NCBI GenBank assembly: GCA_050084985.1
Contig: JBITNC010000001.1
Span: 144,336,001 to 144,400,000, forward strand
DNA: 64,000 nt
From: Nageia nagi
Lineage: Eukaryota; Plantae; Pinophyta
Direction: 5' to 3'
In this document: positions 15,009 to 28,089 of the stretch, piece after piece
Numbering within the stretch: position 1 is the stretch's first letter
Layout of the letters: every line of letters starts with the position of its first letter
Made by a program: the position numbers and the translations under genes
Notes under the pieces: generated by a model
Told to the model about the DNA's origin: nothing
What the model saw: the letters and a program-made list of their open reading frames with translations, nothing else
Database searches by the model: none

Positions 15009-18000
15009 TCTTATCTATCCCATGTGGCAATTTTCTCCACCCATGCTATATTTAAAGTATTTCAAATTTTATTACAAAAATTTAAATATTTAAAATATAA
15101 AATTAAATATTTAAAAATATCACATATAAAAATTGACATATTTTATTTTTATTTGTTTAAATATTTAAACATATACAAAATAAAATTTACATGTATCTTT
15201 TAAACATTCTAAATAAGAAATAAGATCATTTAAATCAAACATAAGATTAGGAAAATATAACCCTAGTTGTTGGATGAGTTGAGCAGAGCTAAGCTAAGTT
15301 CCTTGCATGTACATGTACCTTTGTTTAATGTTGTTATTTTCTACATCATATTGCATTTATCCCTCAAGATTTTTATGGGATAATCCTATCCTGATACATC
15401 TAAGCATTTAAGTCACCTTAGGTGGTATTATATCCTTTAAGTATGGTTTTATCACTTAACGATACTTCATTATTACATGAAGCTGCTGGAGTGGAGAATG
15501 GCACTGGGAAATAATCCTTGCAAGTACCTACCAAAAGTGAAACATGAGGTAAATCTATAATTCCTTAATATTTTATCCTTGATAAATAATATTGTAATAC
15601 TTGTGTGTGGTTTGAATCCCATACTCATATGGGTCATTTCCTTGGTCTAATCCTAAATGACACTCTTTTATGTACTTGGGTTAGTCAAGTTTGGAGTCTT
15701 ATGATGTCAAGGTAGATAATATTCAGAACCTCACAAAAATATATCTTTTGTCTTCCAAAGTTATTAAAGGGCATGGATATTCTTGATTTTAAAAGTTAAG
15801 GAATGACACTATATGAATAATGGATAATTAAATCTTTAACTAGTCTATGAAATATATAGAAAATCCTCATCTACAATATGTTCTATACTATCTTCCCCTT
15901 AGAATATAAAACATGTATAGGGAGTTATTTATTTCTTCTCTACTAGTTATCCTATCCTCTATCAATATTTTAGGATAATTTATTTTTAAAATTATTTGAA
16001 ATGCAGACCAAAGGTTGTTAAGAATTAACTCAAATGGATTATCTTACTTGGGATGAATTTAACCATATAGTTTATTTAAAAAGACCAAATAAGAAAACCT
16101 TTGACATCATCAAAGAGATTATACCTGACTTAGATGGAAATATGATGGGTTTTAAAATGGATTATCCATTCCATCAACCTCTAATGATCCCTTATTTGAA
16201 ATATTTATACAATACCATTTACCTATGTCTCATGGTTCATGCATAACATTTATACAAGTTCTAAGACCTAGGAATGGCTTCCTTAGGATAAATTTAAGAA
16301 TACATTTTATTTAAAAGTATCAAAAAGGAAAACTTTAAGATCATCAAAGAGAACATATATGATTACATTCTATATACAAACTATATTTATACTCTTAGAG
16401 ACATGAGTGGAAAGATTGGATGTGGTTTCATGATATAATTATGCATATTTATGAAGTTAACCAATATTTTAATCAATTTTATAACCACACATACCTATGC
16501 TAGCAAAACTAAATGAGAGATGGGATCTTCAATATTTGATAACTATGAAGTTATTTATGCTTTTTATCTAGGACTTTAGGGATTTCTAAAGCTTTGTTAT
16601 GTTCTAAAATAATATTATTATTTCATGTTGCACATTTAAAAGCTTTATTTAATTATTACATGGATGTTTAATGAATATTTTATTATTAGCTCAATTGAGT
16701 ATTAATTTAAGTTTCATTTTTGAATTTGATTTAATAATGCTTAGATTTGAACTAGATTGTTAGGACTTATAGATTTAAATTTAATATAGTTATTTATTCT
16801 TCTAATTGTTAATTCATGCAGGTGACCTTTTGTACATACATGGATCCATCACAAAATAGCCCACCTATAGCCCATGAGTCTTAAGATGCCCCTTAACCCA
16901 AGGATGCTTGCTTGCGAGAAAATATAGTTAAGAACATCACCTCCATCTAATGTAGAATTTAGGAGATACTACAACATAGGGTTATCCCCCCACCTTTCAC
17001 AATTTACAACTTTAATGCAAACTGTAGTTAATACAGTTGCATCCATAAATCAGATCATAAGTGATTTTTAGTCACATAGAGAGGAGAGAAGGAGGTTTTA
17101 TAGTGATGGCCTATGCCAAAAATAAATTGATGAGACTTATCGCATTACAATAGGATGTTTAATCAAATATTTTAGGAATCCTAGAAATAGAGAATGAATA
17201 CAAGCCACCCAAAAATGAATTTCTATTTTTTGGTGTAGGCATGAGGGGATAACTGAGCATTTTTGGGATTGATGGTGGATGATATTTGATAATCCACCAC
17301 ATAGTGGTGGAAATTATGTACCCTTTTATTTCATAAATATTTTATGGGTGGAGTTTTCTTTTGGGAAAAATCCTAATTATTTTGATATTCAATCATTTCA
17401 TGGTGTTGTTATAGGTAGTTCACAGTAGAGGTTAGGGGCACAAATTAATCCTAGACAACTTGGTTATGTTGCACCTCTTGTTAGTCCTCTCATAGCTTCT
17501 ATACCCAAACATGTCCATCATTCAAACATGGTTTCAACTCTTGGATCATCGATTCAACTTACCTCACTAAACAAGATGCCAATGTAGCAACTAAATTCAC
17601 TGAGGTTAGAGGTGATGGCTTAATACTTAGTGGAGTTAGATGGAATAGAAGCTTTTCTATGTATGTGTTTCATAGATCTAGTGTTTGCCATATGATATTT
17701 CATAGATCATCCACTCCATAAAATCATTCAGGAGCATATATGATATGTTGTTTGGTGATATTGATCATGAGGCATATAGGCCATTTGCATCCTCTGGTGA
17801 TCAAGGTTAGCATATTGATTCCCTTGGTATAATGTTTACTTTGAAATTTCATAATTATATAGTTTGCATGTGTAAATAAAATTCTAAAATTTTAATAATT
17901 TTAATATATGTATTTTTAGATTAACAATAGTTTTATGATGGATATGTTTAATACTAATACCACTTTTACTCATGAGGCACATGGCTCACATGTGCAACCT

Positions 18001-18614
18001 ACAATAGTTGAGCCTTCAACCTCTCAACATCCATTTATGGTAATTTATAATGCATTTTTTTATTAAGTTTATAATATAAATGGTTATAAATATAATGATT
18101 ATGTTTAACTTTTTTAAGTTTCTTTTAATCTCTTTTAGACCTTAGTTGACACCATTTTTTCTAATGAGGTGAATGGATCATCAAAGTGACCTATAGTGGT
18201 TGAGCCTTTAGGTTTTCACAAGGTGCATAGCTCATTAGAGCAACATATAGTGGTTGAGCCTTCAATCTCTTAGTATGATATCATGGTAATTTATAATCCA
18301 TTTTAATATAATGTACATAGATATGATAATTTATAATGATTAAGTTTTTAAGTTTGTTTATTTTATACAACATGATATAGTTCCACATGATGCATCATAT
18401 GGAACAATATATAGATGGATGGATTTATAGATGTACATTTTATTTTATGGTTAGATGGACTAGATGGAATGCTTAGATATATGTACATTTGGACTAGATA
18501 GATTGTATATATTCTTATTATTTTAATACATATACATGGATGCCTATTTTGTATTAGAATTGATATAAATGTTTCTATTTTGATCCCCCACCCCCTCCCC
18601 CCCCACAACATATA

Positions 18615-19615
18615 TATAGACCCCACACCTTGAGATAAAACACAAATAAGATGAAAACCCTAAAGGCCTTTGGAATGCCCACTTTGCAATATTTAAAATA
18701 TAGCTTGCATATGATAAGAAAATGATAACAAGAAAAGTTATGGATAAGGTTTAGAACTTTTTCCTTTTCATGAAGTACCCAAAATGGAAAATGAACTGCA
18801 AAAAAAAAAAAAAATATTAAAGGAGGTTTCTAATCTCTTGGTACTTAAGACCCTAGAACCAAGCAAGATGTGACTAGTTTTCTTGTAAACCTCCAATCCT
18901 TGAGTTAATAAGGCACTTGAAAATAGCTCAATGCCTATAATGCAAGCTAGCATAAAATCTAAAATGATTTTAAATAATGATTTAATCAAACTAAACTATT
19001 CTAGCCTAAGTCTACAAGAGACTAGCCTAAAAAACACTAAAATGTAACCATGCAAAAGTGGGTTAGTAAAATGACCAAAAAGGGTATGATTAGATGCTCT
19101 TGGATGACCTCAAAAGCCTACAAACCCCTTGAACAATGTTTGTCTCCACAAAATTCAAAATCACATGAGTTTACCCAAGATTCCATTTGCTAGATGAAGA
19201 TAATGATCAGCTTTTTACCTTGGAAATGATGGGTTGAGCTCAAAATGGAAGGTACCAATCTACAAATTTTGAGTACACATTCAAGAGAAGGCTAAAAATG
19301 CAAGAGCTTACGAATATCCTTTGGTTAATGATTGATTGTTCTTAAAATAATTTTTAAATGACCTTTTTATATTAATAGTGATTATTAAATAGGTTGGTTA
19401 AGGTTTATCCTAATCGATCAATCAATACCTTAACTGATAGGTTGGTTAGGGCTAGCATTGACTAGGTGGTAAAAATAGACTAAGTTACCAAAATCAATCA
19501 TGCAAACGCTATCAAAATAGTATGAGGGGCTGATAGGATCATGGTAAGATATAATACATACCAAATTGTTGTGATTTATCTAAGCTAGGCAAACGAATGA
19601 CTTATAGGTGTTTAC

Positions 19616-19616
<1 letters not shown>
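18615..19616. mobile_element. Probable solo LTR (~1 kb)
   Basis: Ends TATAGAC (decayed TGTAGAC) and GTTTACA; flanks ATATA / TTATA fit a 5-bp TSD but lie in a TA-rich tract. Confidence 0.45.
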
Positions 19617-19653
<37 letters not shown>

Positions 19654-19656
19654 TGT
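19617..19656. repeat. (TA)n/(TATG)n microsatellite
   Basis: Seen directly. Confidence 0.85.
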
Positions 19657-19721
19657 TGATGGATCATGCCTAGTTCTAACATAGATGTTTAATTTATGGA
19701 TGATATTAATTTATGTTTATA

Positions 19722-20302
19722 TTTATTTGGATGTAATTAAAGGTGGATTAGGCAACACAATAGTGTAAATAATGAATGCAACCTTTTTGGTAAAACTATA
19801 TTACATAATATATAGTAATCATAATCTACTTTATTTAGAAAAAAATTATTCAACCAAATACTTCGATGATGACTAACTTGAACACATTGTTAAAGTACAA
19901 GATACCCCAATTAACATCAAGCATGTCATTTTTAAAGTATAATATGCCTCAATTAACATCAAACACATCATAGGATTAAGAACTAAAAGCATATAAAATT
20001 CAAAAAAGATACCTTAATGAGAGCATATAACTTGAATCAAAATATAATATACAAAGTTTTTTATGGTAGTATAATACAAAAGATAAAAAGATTCACTTAA
20101 TCACATAGGAGGTGGTTTATTTGGATGTAATTAAAGGTTGATTAGGTAAAAAAATACTTTGAATAATGAATACAACCTTTCTTCTAAAACTAGATTAGAT
20201 AATATATACTAATCACAACTCACTTTAGAGAAAAACAATAAGAACCAAATACTTAGATGATGACTAACTTGAACATATTTTTAAAGTAGTAGATACCCTA
20301 AT
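19722..20302. repeat. Two ~190-bp direct repeats ~395 bp apart
   Basis: tttatttggatgtaattaaagg..gatgatgactaacttgaac..gataccc at ~19722-19912 and ~20117-20302. Confidence 0.75.
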
Positions 20303-20794
20303 TGGATCTATGATTTAGAATGAATTTTGAAGGATTATAACCCAAATTGTTTTCTTCCTAAAATATGTTTTTATGGTGAGGAAAAAGGTTAAATTTTATG
20401 ATAATAAATGATGATCCTATTATCCTCTCAGATTGTAACCTTATGGTGTATATAAACTTCTTATATTAACTGTGAGAATATGATCAAGACCTAATAAGAT
20501 ACAACTTATAAAGGTTTATAGATGGATTAAAGTTATGGATGGAATGAATCATCGATAAAAAAAAGATATATATTTGAGGATGAAGCATGGTTAAAATTAA
20601 AAATTATTTAAAATCAAATGACTATAGAATGTATAGGATCTTAGAATAACTTGGAATTAAAATGATGTGATCCTGTGTACTCTTTGAATGCTCATGTACA
20701 TAAGGTTTTAAAATAAAATATAAGAAGTAAAACATTCTCTCTACTAATAAATTTCAAAGGAGATAAAGTGGTGATCAATTGGGAGGAGATCAAT

Positions 20795-21035
20795 GTTTAG
20801 GGTGTGAGGTTAAGGGTTAGTATTTAGGTTTTAGCTAGGTCAATATTTAGGGGTTAGTCTTTAGGGTTAGGGTTTAAGGTTTTAAGGGTTAAGGCCACTT
20901 AGATTATGGTTTAGGGATTAATGTTATGGTTAGGGTATATGAGCTTTAAGAGTTAGGTTTGAGATTAGTCCATTTAGGATTAAAGGAACTAGGATTAAGT
21001 GTTAGGGATTATGAAACTTAGGGTTAAGGGTTATC
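20795..21035 (+). repeat. Degenerate TTTAGGG/TTAGGG telomere-like tract
   Basis: Many imperfect ttagggt, tttaggg and ttaaggg units over ~240 bp. Confidence 0.65.
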
Positions 21036-21539
21036 CTAAGACCCTAAAATATTTTTAGTTAAAATAATGTTTTGGCTCTAATTTTTTAACTCTAAAATTG
21101 TTCAAGGGGAGAATGGGAAGGGGAAGGGAAGAAATATATTAGACATGTTGTCACAAATAACTATATATATATAATGAATATAAATATCATCACAATATAG
21201 CCTTAAATAAAATATCATCATGCAATATACCTCATAAATCAATAACATATCCAAATGCTTAATTTCTATCAAAAACTTCTTCGTACTCATAAATAAATCA
21301 TATTCATGATAGGATACAAATCCAAAATGATAGGTGGTATCAAGAGACACAATTTAATGATAGTAAATAGCAATGTACTTATGTGAGTCCTATCCTTACA
21401 ATTATCAACAAAACATAAGGGAATGTGGTTGAAATATATTACAACATAATTGTATTTAATTCAAATAATTCATTATTTAATCTTACCTTTATTTTTCATT
21501 TTTTTTTAGCTTCTCCATCCTCTCTTTTTTTGTAATTCA

Positions 21540-24500
21540 TATATAATTATCTTATGTTCATATGATGAAAGGGTCCACAACACTTTATTAGTAGGCCTCC
21601 TTTTATATTTGAATAGTTTGATATTTGTTTCCAATACCAAATACATGTAATGTAGAATCTTCTTATTTATTTAATCATCTTGAATGCAAGAAAATATTCT
21701 TTCTTCTTGTAAGATATTTTTGTAGCCATGTGCCAACAACCACCATAGAACCTATTGGATAACATAAAATCCATCATTAACAAAATTTAGAAAAAATGAT
21801 AAATTATCTAAAGAAATATAGAGTAGATAATAAGCTAGTTTGAGAAAGACATATATGAACATGTTGGATAAATAAATCCATCATCGTCATGTCAAGGTTG
21901 AGTTAACTTATATGTTTTATCAACACAGAGCTAGCAAATATCCCATTTCCTCTTCATTCCCTTCAAATGCAACAACGACATACACATGTCATGTAAATAA
22001 AATTTATATCAATAAAGTGTGATGTATAAAACTAACATAGTATATATTAAAATGTATGATTGAATATAAATAAATTAAATTAATTACCTTCTTATACAAG
22101 GTTTGAAATATGGTCATAGTCTTTTGATACAAATAGTTCATCTTCAATTGTTATTTCTTGTTGATCATGGGCTTATGAAGGTGTCAAAGATCTTTGTTTC
22201 CATTCCTCAACCCATTATGTGTTTATACATGATTCTAAATCACTTGCAATACAAGTCTCACAAAAACATGCAACCTCTCTTATACATATAGTCCAAGTGC
22301 TTTCTTTTGAACTCCTAAATGAATGCCACTTTGTTGGTCCACTGATTGTATCACAATCAAGATGACTCAAAATATTATCTTCTTCAACTAACCAAAAGTA
22401 TCATTGAATTGTATAATTCTTACTTGATCCTCTAGATAATGTTGTACTAAACCATTCCATAATATCATGTGCATCTTTAAATTTATGTACATCATAAAAT
22501 TTTAGTTGCTCTCTAGCAAGATATATTTTAATACATGCACCTACTCCATTGTGTTCTTCTTTTCCATGTCTTACTTCAATAAAACTTCATATATATTTAA
22601 TTTTTTTATGAACCTTACTTAGTTAATAAAATATTCATAAATTTTTATATTGTCCCATACAATTACCTAATCATATAAAATGTTTTCCATATGAATTCCT
22701 CTTTCATCCAAATTATTGTAAAACACCTTACAATAATATTGGAAAAACTATGATGAGTGTAATAAATTATCACTCACATACAAATGCTACTCCATCAAAA
22801 CTTTTCTATTACTTTCAGTACTATCATCTCCATGTCTATGTCCAATATGGATGAAAATGGCAACTTGAACTAAATTATAATATTGAGACTGGAATTTTTC
22901 TTGTGGTTTAAGAGTATAATTTTTACAAAGCCAGCCATTGGTAATATATTTCCAATCAAAAATGTGTTTCTACATTGACAAAATTGACTATTATTCCATC
23001 AATCATTTTGGAAGTGTTTCACATATTTTGATAGATACTTTATCTTAAAATCATCCATGAATGTATGCACATTAATGCTTTCAGTGATTAAATCAACATG
23101 CTTTCTAGTTTTTCCATCCTTTAAATCATACTCAATATTCTTGAATATTTAAATATCCACACCTTCTTGTCTAAATTCATGCAATCTAATTTTATGCATA
23201 CAATCTCCTGATAATAAAAAGTTCCCACATCTATCATATTATCTTGTAATACATGCATTTGAATTAAATGATTGCTCATGAGGAGGTGGAAAAAGCAAAC
23301 TTGCTATAAACTCCTTAATAGTTTCAAGTAGTATATGTATACCATATTCTTTCCTCAAATTATTAGTATGAAAATTACAATGTATATTTTTAAAAGCATC
23401 ATAATAATATCCAAATTGCATATGATTTTTTTAACAATATGTTATTCTTTTCTTGTTAATTCTAACATACCAAGGTTTGCATTTCTCAAATGATATTTGA
23501 TTTATGCCAATATTAAATGGTTGTAACACTCCCTATTCTACAAACTAATTATACAATTCATTTTTGATTCATATATCTAGTAGGTTTTTTGAATGAGATT
23601 CACAATCTTTTTTACCTAGGTTTTAATTTCAAAACATCTCTAGTATGTGTTTATGCCCTTATTCTATCACGCCATAATTTTTCAATTAAAGACTTAATAT
23701 CGCTAATTTCATGTCAAACTTTGGAATTCTACCACTATGTATCCAACATTGTTTGAGTGGATCACTTTTAATAATTTGCCTTCTCTTTGCGGCCCTTTGC
23801 ATAGTTTTATAACTCAAATTGAATAATTTATTAAGCTTTCTTTTGTTTGAGGTTGTTTGTCTTACTAAAGAAGTTGTTATAGCTTGTCATGTTGCATTCT
23901 TATCTTTAGATCTAATCTTTTTTCCAATAGAACTAATGGTACTAGCATCATTAGTCACAACTTCTTTAAGGAGTTCATCTTTCTTATTTGATTTCACATT
24001 AATGCCTAAGATTTTCATTACTTCTCTCATTTTTGGCATTCTCATTAATTGCAACATGAGTTAACATTAAACTCCTAACTCTTAGTTTTTGAAATATTCC
24101 TCTTGTATATTACTTACAACTATTCTTATATGTCTATGAGATAAAAGCTTATCTTTTGAAAAATTATTTAAGATATTCTTTTCCATTTTCAAAAAAGTGT
24201 TATCACTATATTTCAAAGGTGAACTTGAAGACATACTTGGTGGATTCATATCAAAAGTTGGATTTGAAGACTTACCTGATGGATTTGTATCGACAGGTGA
24301 ATATGAAGCTTCTATAATCATATCCTCCTCTTCCACACATGCATCATCTACATTCATCTCTTGAATGTTATCCTCCTCAATGTTCTCTTGAATGTTCTCC
24401 TCTTGATCAATTATTAGAGAACTTGATGCTTTCACATTCTCCAATTGTTTCAAAAATGCTCTTCTCTCTCTTTTTTGTTATGCATCCTCAAATATTTTGT

Positions 24501-25422
24501 TAGTTTATATTTTTTTGATCCCATGACCTCCTTTCGAAATTATCCTTACTTTGAAATCATTGTAATCACAAAAAATGAAGAGATAATTGTAGAATTAGGT
24601 TGCACAAGTTCGTACAAATATTTATGCACATAAATGAAAAAAAGAAAATACTTAATATATATATATCAAGATCGAGATCCTAGACATTGGCATCCTAGGG
24701 TTAGGATCTCGATCCCTAGGATCCTGACATTTAAATTCAAATTTTACACTTGCCCTTTTCCCTTGGATCTAGGCTTAGAATTAGGTTTGATGACCCAAAC
24801 CTTTACTTTGGACCTGCAACTTCAAGGTCTTAATGATTTCAATGGACTTTGCCAAATTTGGGCATGTGTTTGATGATATTTTTTAAAGAATTATTTCACA
24901 AAATTTTGAAGGATGACATATGAGAGAGTGCATATTTTAAATATGTTATTTGTTTTATAATTATAGTAGATTTTGTATTTTTAATATAATTTTCAATTAA
25001 AGAGGGGTCATAAACTTTGAAAAGTAGGATTTCGTATTTGTTTAATAACTTTTTTATTTTTTGGAATTATGAAAAAATATATATATCCACATTCTTCATA
25101 CAATTCTCTATAATTAAAAAAAAAAGATAAAAAAAGATAGGTTTAGGTCAAATTATGATTAAGGGACACACTGGGGTTGTAGTCCTCATACTATATTTTT
25201 ACAAGTCTATCAAAAATTTATTTCTATGACCTAGGTATTGGAATAAATTACATATTTGAAAACTAGACTTTGAACACTACATTTTTACCTAGGTGATCTT
25301 TTTTAAGATTAAGACTCTAAGTGCTTCAAATTTTGAGATCAATTATGATGAAACTTAAAAATCAAGGAAATTACTTCCACTTTTTGACCAAACATGGGAC
25401 TCATCTTTTTGCACTTACCCTT
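21540..25422 (-). mobile_element. Degenerate Sola2-like DDD DNA transposon (transposase pseudogene plus one terminus)
   Basis: Minus-strand motifs NYTLKPQEKFQSQYYNLVQV (~22865-22925), FI*LGNCMGQYKN (~22645-22680) and FIEVRHGKEEHNGVGACIK (~22527-22585) match Sola2-type DFxENY..QxEIQS, WSDxCxxQFKN and HGKGxxDGxG. Acidic N-terminal ORF at 24082-24453. Terminus AAGGGTAAGTGCAAAAAG at 25422. Other end not found. Confidence 0.75.
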
Positions 25423-27540
25423 GAGAAGAAGGTAGCAAGCTTCTTGGGTAGAAATATCATGTTCGATAATGTTATTGAGGATAATTTTTTAAAATGTATC
25501 TATGATTGATCTTATTGGTTCATAATTGGTTGAAATACAAGAAATCATGACAAGTTTCAAATTTGTGTTTAGCCTTTATTGAATACTTTTCAAATTATTT
25601 GAGTACTTCATTGATTGACATATATCCTTACAATCTATATTGGCTCTCCAAATAGAGAGAATATAAGGGTTGTGAATATTCAAGTAGTCATCATTACGAG
25701 GAGTGTATTTGGATTGACCATTTTTATATATTTAAAGCGTTGATTTCTCTTGTAGGTTCCAAGGTTCTTTGTAACAATATTCAACATATGCTCCTACTTT
25801 GCACAAGAATGTTTGCAATGTACATTTTGTATGTGTTGGATGTTGTTAACTAGTTCTTTGTAATTAGTAGCAAGGTTATTTAACATAATCATTTCTATGT
25901 TTAACAAATAAGAATCACAAATACCAATTCAATAAAATATATGATCTTACAATTGAGTTTGTTCATGGTTCTAACTTGATACATAGCTATCCAAGTATTT
26001 GATTGCATTTCGAATTGATTGGATATTATTCCATAAAAGGTTGGAATATCGGATGCACCTTTCAACCAAAAGAACCCATAGATATGATTAGAACCATTTT
26101 GTTACCATTCATACCTAGAGGAAGATATTGTTAGCTAGAAGTAAAAAAATAACATTTTATGCATAAAAATATCATGAACAATGTAATACATGTACCAAAA
26201 AGCACAAGCATCAAAGAGCTTGACTAGAATAGTTTCAAGGAATATAGTACATTTATGGTGCATGTAAATACTATAAGGTGTGGATTTTGAATTATATTTT
26301 ACACTCTTTATTTAAAAGCTTCTTGAGGATTTGTAGGTATGGTAGATGGCATGATATCATGCAAGTATGACCATTTTGTATCTATTGCATTGAGGGTAAA
26401 GAACATAGTAGGAAATCTAATTTGAATGATCATGTTTGAAATTTCAGCACCATAATAGTTCTAAAACATTTTTGTACCATGAATAGATGAGCCAAAATAT
26501 ATTAGATACATAATAAGCTTATCATTTAGCACATCCTTTAATCTTTATTGAAGGTCATCAATTGTGATTGGTTTAATCAAATCCTATATGTTAATAGGTA
26601 AAGATAGGTATTATTTCTTGACTCTAATGACTCTGAAGCATATTAAGTATAAAGTATCAAAACCTTAGGTGGTATGAAAATATGTTATCATGGTATCATA
26701 TAATATGGAGATCATATTCATGTAACTTGACTTCTTTTATGGGTTTTAATTGAATGATATCGTATCTATTGGAAATGAAATAGGAAATTCCATTAAAAAT
26801 AGCCCTTAAGTTTTGTATTCATATATGGGTGATAGAGAAATTTATGGTCATTCAATGGATGGAATTGGACATACTTCCTCTAGTTGCACTATTGATAGTA
26901 ATTGTTCAACCTCTCTATGTCCAAGGGAGAGATTCACAATATATAAACTTATTGAGTGAATGTTTTCCTATGCCATGTCATCATCTAAAACATCTATTTC
27001 CATGAGGTCTCCATAAACAAATTAAAGATATAGATACATGTACAAAAGTTTGGATATATTTATCGAAAAATCAATCAGTAATGATAATACAATTCCATTT
27101 GGCTGCACATCCCTCCAGTATGGATCATATGATATATTGTATTGCAATGCCTCATAAATGTGACTTTTGCTAACATGAAAATTATATTTTTGGTTGTTGA
27201 TATTCTTCTTGTTAACTATTATATATCTAATGTATTTATGTAACTTGGTAATTATGTTGCAACTATAGAAATATCTTATGAAAAGCAAATAGTGTGACTA
27301 TTGTATTTCAATTGATCATCCCTTGCATATGTAACCAAAATCATGTGGCTATCCAAAAGCAAACAAGTTATTCACCAAGGTTCATATTATTTGTTATAGA
27401 GAATCAATGGCCATATTTATATGAAATACACTTATAACAAGTGCAATGACCATCGTATTACCTTATTTTAAATCCTAGGTATTTTTATTTACACACAACA
27501 CATGTGGAAATGTTTTTAAGGTTATTTATTTTCGATCAAA
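25423..27540 (-). mobile_element. Degenerate Helitron2/Helentron-like Rep gene (DUF6570-like N-terminus + HUH Rep); helicase part missing
   Basis: Minus-strand motifs in correct order: GH*FSITNNMNLGE..YARDDQLKYNSHTICFS*D; VKLHEYDLHII*YHDNIFSYHLRF*YFILN; PTMFFTLNAIDTKWSYLH (Rep motif 1); RYEW*QNGSNHIYGFFWLKGA (HUH motif 2); LSIWRANIDC..KYS (motif 3 region); EHDISTQEACYLLL, cut by the Sola terminus. Confidence 0.8.
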
Positions 27541-27699
27541 AATTATTTCTCGTGGTCAAATATTTTGCAAGAAACACCATATGATATTGATTTTACAAAG
27601 TTATCTTAGATGTAGGTGCTTGCAAAGTGGGTGTATTAGACAAGGAGGATACATTATGGTTGGTTGTGGTATCAAGATGCATTTGATATATATCTCATC

Positions 27700-28080
27700 T
27701 TCTTGCTTTATTTATTTCTCTAATTGCTTGGTAACATGCATGAGTTCATTGATTTTTCTGATCCCTTCTTGCTTTTATTGCTTGATTTCCCATTTCCATG
27801 TATAGATATACTAAGGATGAATCCATTATCTATGAACTCTAGTAACTAGGTGTGAACCTTCATCTATGATCCCAAAAACTTCTTTAAGTAGGAAACATGA
27901 AATATTGGATGAACCTTAAAAGACTCGGGTAACTCCAATTTGTATGTCATAGGTCCAATGCAATTTTGTAAGAGTCATAAAACTTTAGTGCTAATTTCTA
28001 TGGTCCTTTATTATTGAGAGATTTATAACAATATGACTAGATTCATAGGAAGACCATGTACACTTGGTATTTCATATGAT
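27700..28080 (-). mobile_element. Ty3/gypsy integrase C-terminal (GPY/F module) fragment
   Basis: Minus strand KLALKFYDSYK..GPMTYKLELPES..VHPIFHVSYLKK at ~27880-28000. Confidence 0.65.
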
Positions 28081-28089
28081 GTTGAGCAA

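Noticed and set aside
8745-25422. One giant Sola element bounded by 8933 and 25422
   Set aside because: The two termini are in direct, not inverted, orientation.
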